Shown here: positions 63,241 to 64,000 of the stretch, piece after piece
Numbering within the stretch: position 1 is the first letter of the stretch
How the letters are laid out: each line of letters begins with the position of its first letter
The notes under the pieces: model-generated
Told to the model about the DNA's origin: nothing
Seen by the model: only the letters and a program-made list of their open reading frames with translations
Databases searched by the model: none
Translations under genes and position numbers: made by a program
Source of the DNA: Saccostrea cucullata
Taxonomy: Eukaryota
DNA: 64,000 nt
Direction of reading: 5' to 3'
NCBI RefSeq assembly: GCF_032062105.1
Contig: NW_026933545.1
Location: 124,001-188,000, forward strand

Positions 63241-64000
63241 AAAAAACATTCGATCATGTTGATATTTCTATTTTAAAAAACCTCTTTTCATCCATTTGTA
63301 ACCTGACCATTGTATGAAACTGTGATCATAATGTATAGCAAGGTAATATATGAACTAAACGAATCATTAATTACAAATTTATTAATGATTAGACTAGATT
63401 TGTGACAGGTTTATTTTTCTGTTAACCTTAATTTCAAACATGTGGGTCAGCGTTGCATGTCAAAAATTTCAACATTTGAAGCTTACCCATGTTCAAAATA
63501 AAAGTAAAATATCCCTCGGCTATAAATTTCACTTAAAATCCTAGGAATTGACTTAAAGCAACAATAATAGCATTAGATTCAAATGGAAAATAGTCTGAAG
63601 TATAAAGCGTTGCTTACTTTTTCAAAATTATATATTATGTCTAACCATGATTGGAGTAAAATAAGAGACAGTGAATAGAAAGTTCAATATTTTTTTTTTC
63701 TCAACATAAAATAAAAAAATTGAGGTATATATGAAAATAATATTTACTGTCAATCCCATTTAATTCATATTAGACAACATAATAAAGCGTTGCTGTTTAA
63801 ATCAGAATATCACATTTTTTTTTCTGTGCTTGTAAAATAAAAATGCATCCACCTGCAACAGTTATCTTTTTAATTACTGGAGTATTCTTTCTTCAAAATA
63901 TTTAAAAGAGAAAAAAGAAGATTTTGAAAATTATGATTCTGATAGATGATAGATTTCTGTAACAATTAAAGAATTATAAATTTAGAAATATCTCTGTCAA

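Overview
This is AT-rich, intron-containing eukaryotic DNA, most likely from a bivalve (oyster-like), judging by the ~166-bp satellite inside Helentron-type elements and the Penelope/SINE remnants. By hand-splicing I can reconstruct six host genes: (1) an EGF x3 + IgGFc-binding-domain protein whose apparent signal-peptide exon carries two in-frame stops; (2,3) a tandem pair of GT14 core-2/I-branching beta-1,6-GlcNAc-transferases; (4) a secreted Gly/Ser/Asn-rich protein with recurring xPF motifs (minus strand); (5) sulfite oxidase; and (6) a type-I membrane protein with a Cys/Trp ectodomain. The most notable locus is ~34.6-38.9 kb. It holds an apparently intact two-gene ISL2EU-type (PIF/Harbinger superfamily) unit: a spliced THAP-HTH-DDE transposase convergent with a spliced SAP-SWIM-YqaJ (lambda-exonuclease-fold) gene. 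The unit has imperfect inverted termini and ends ~85 bp upstream of the sulfite oxidase ATG. This element class is known, but the role of its exonuclease partner is, to my knowledge, uncharacterised, and the SAP exon is not in the ORF track. The rest is non-autonomous transposons (MITEs with TAA/TTA, TTAA and 5-bp target duplications, one nested; HINEs), a decayed Penelope-like RT with ~10 dispersed copies of a structured 3' segment, SINEs, an L1/Tx1 fragment and microsatellites. All coordinates and splice models were read by eye, with no database searches.
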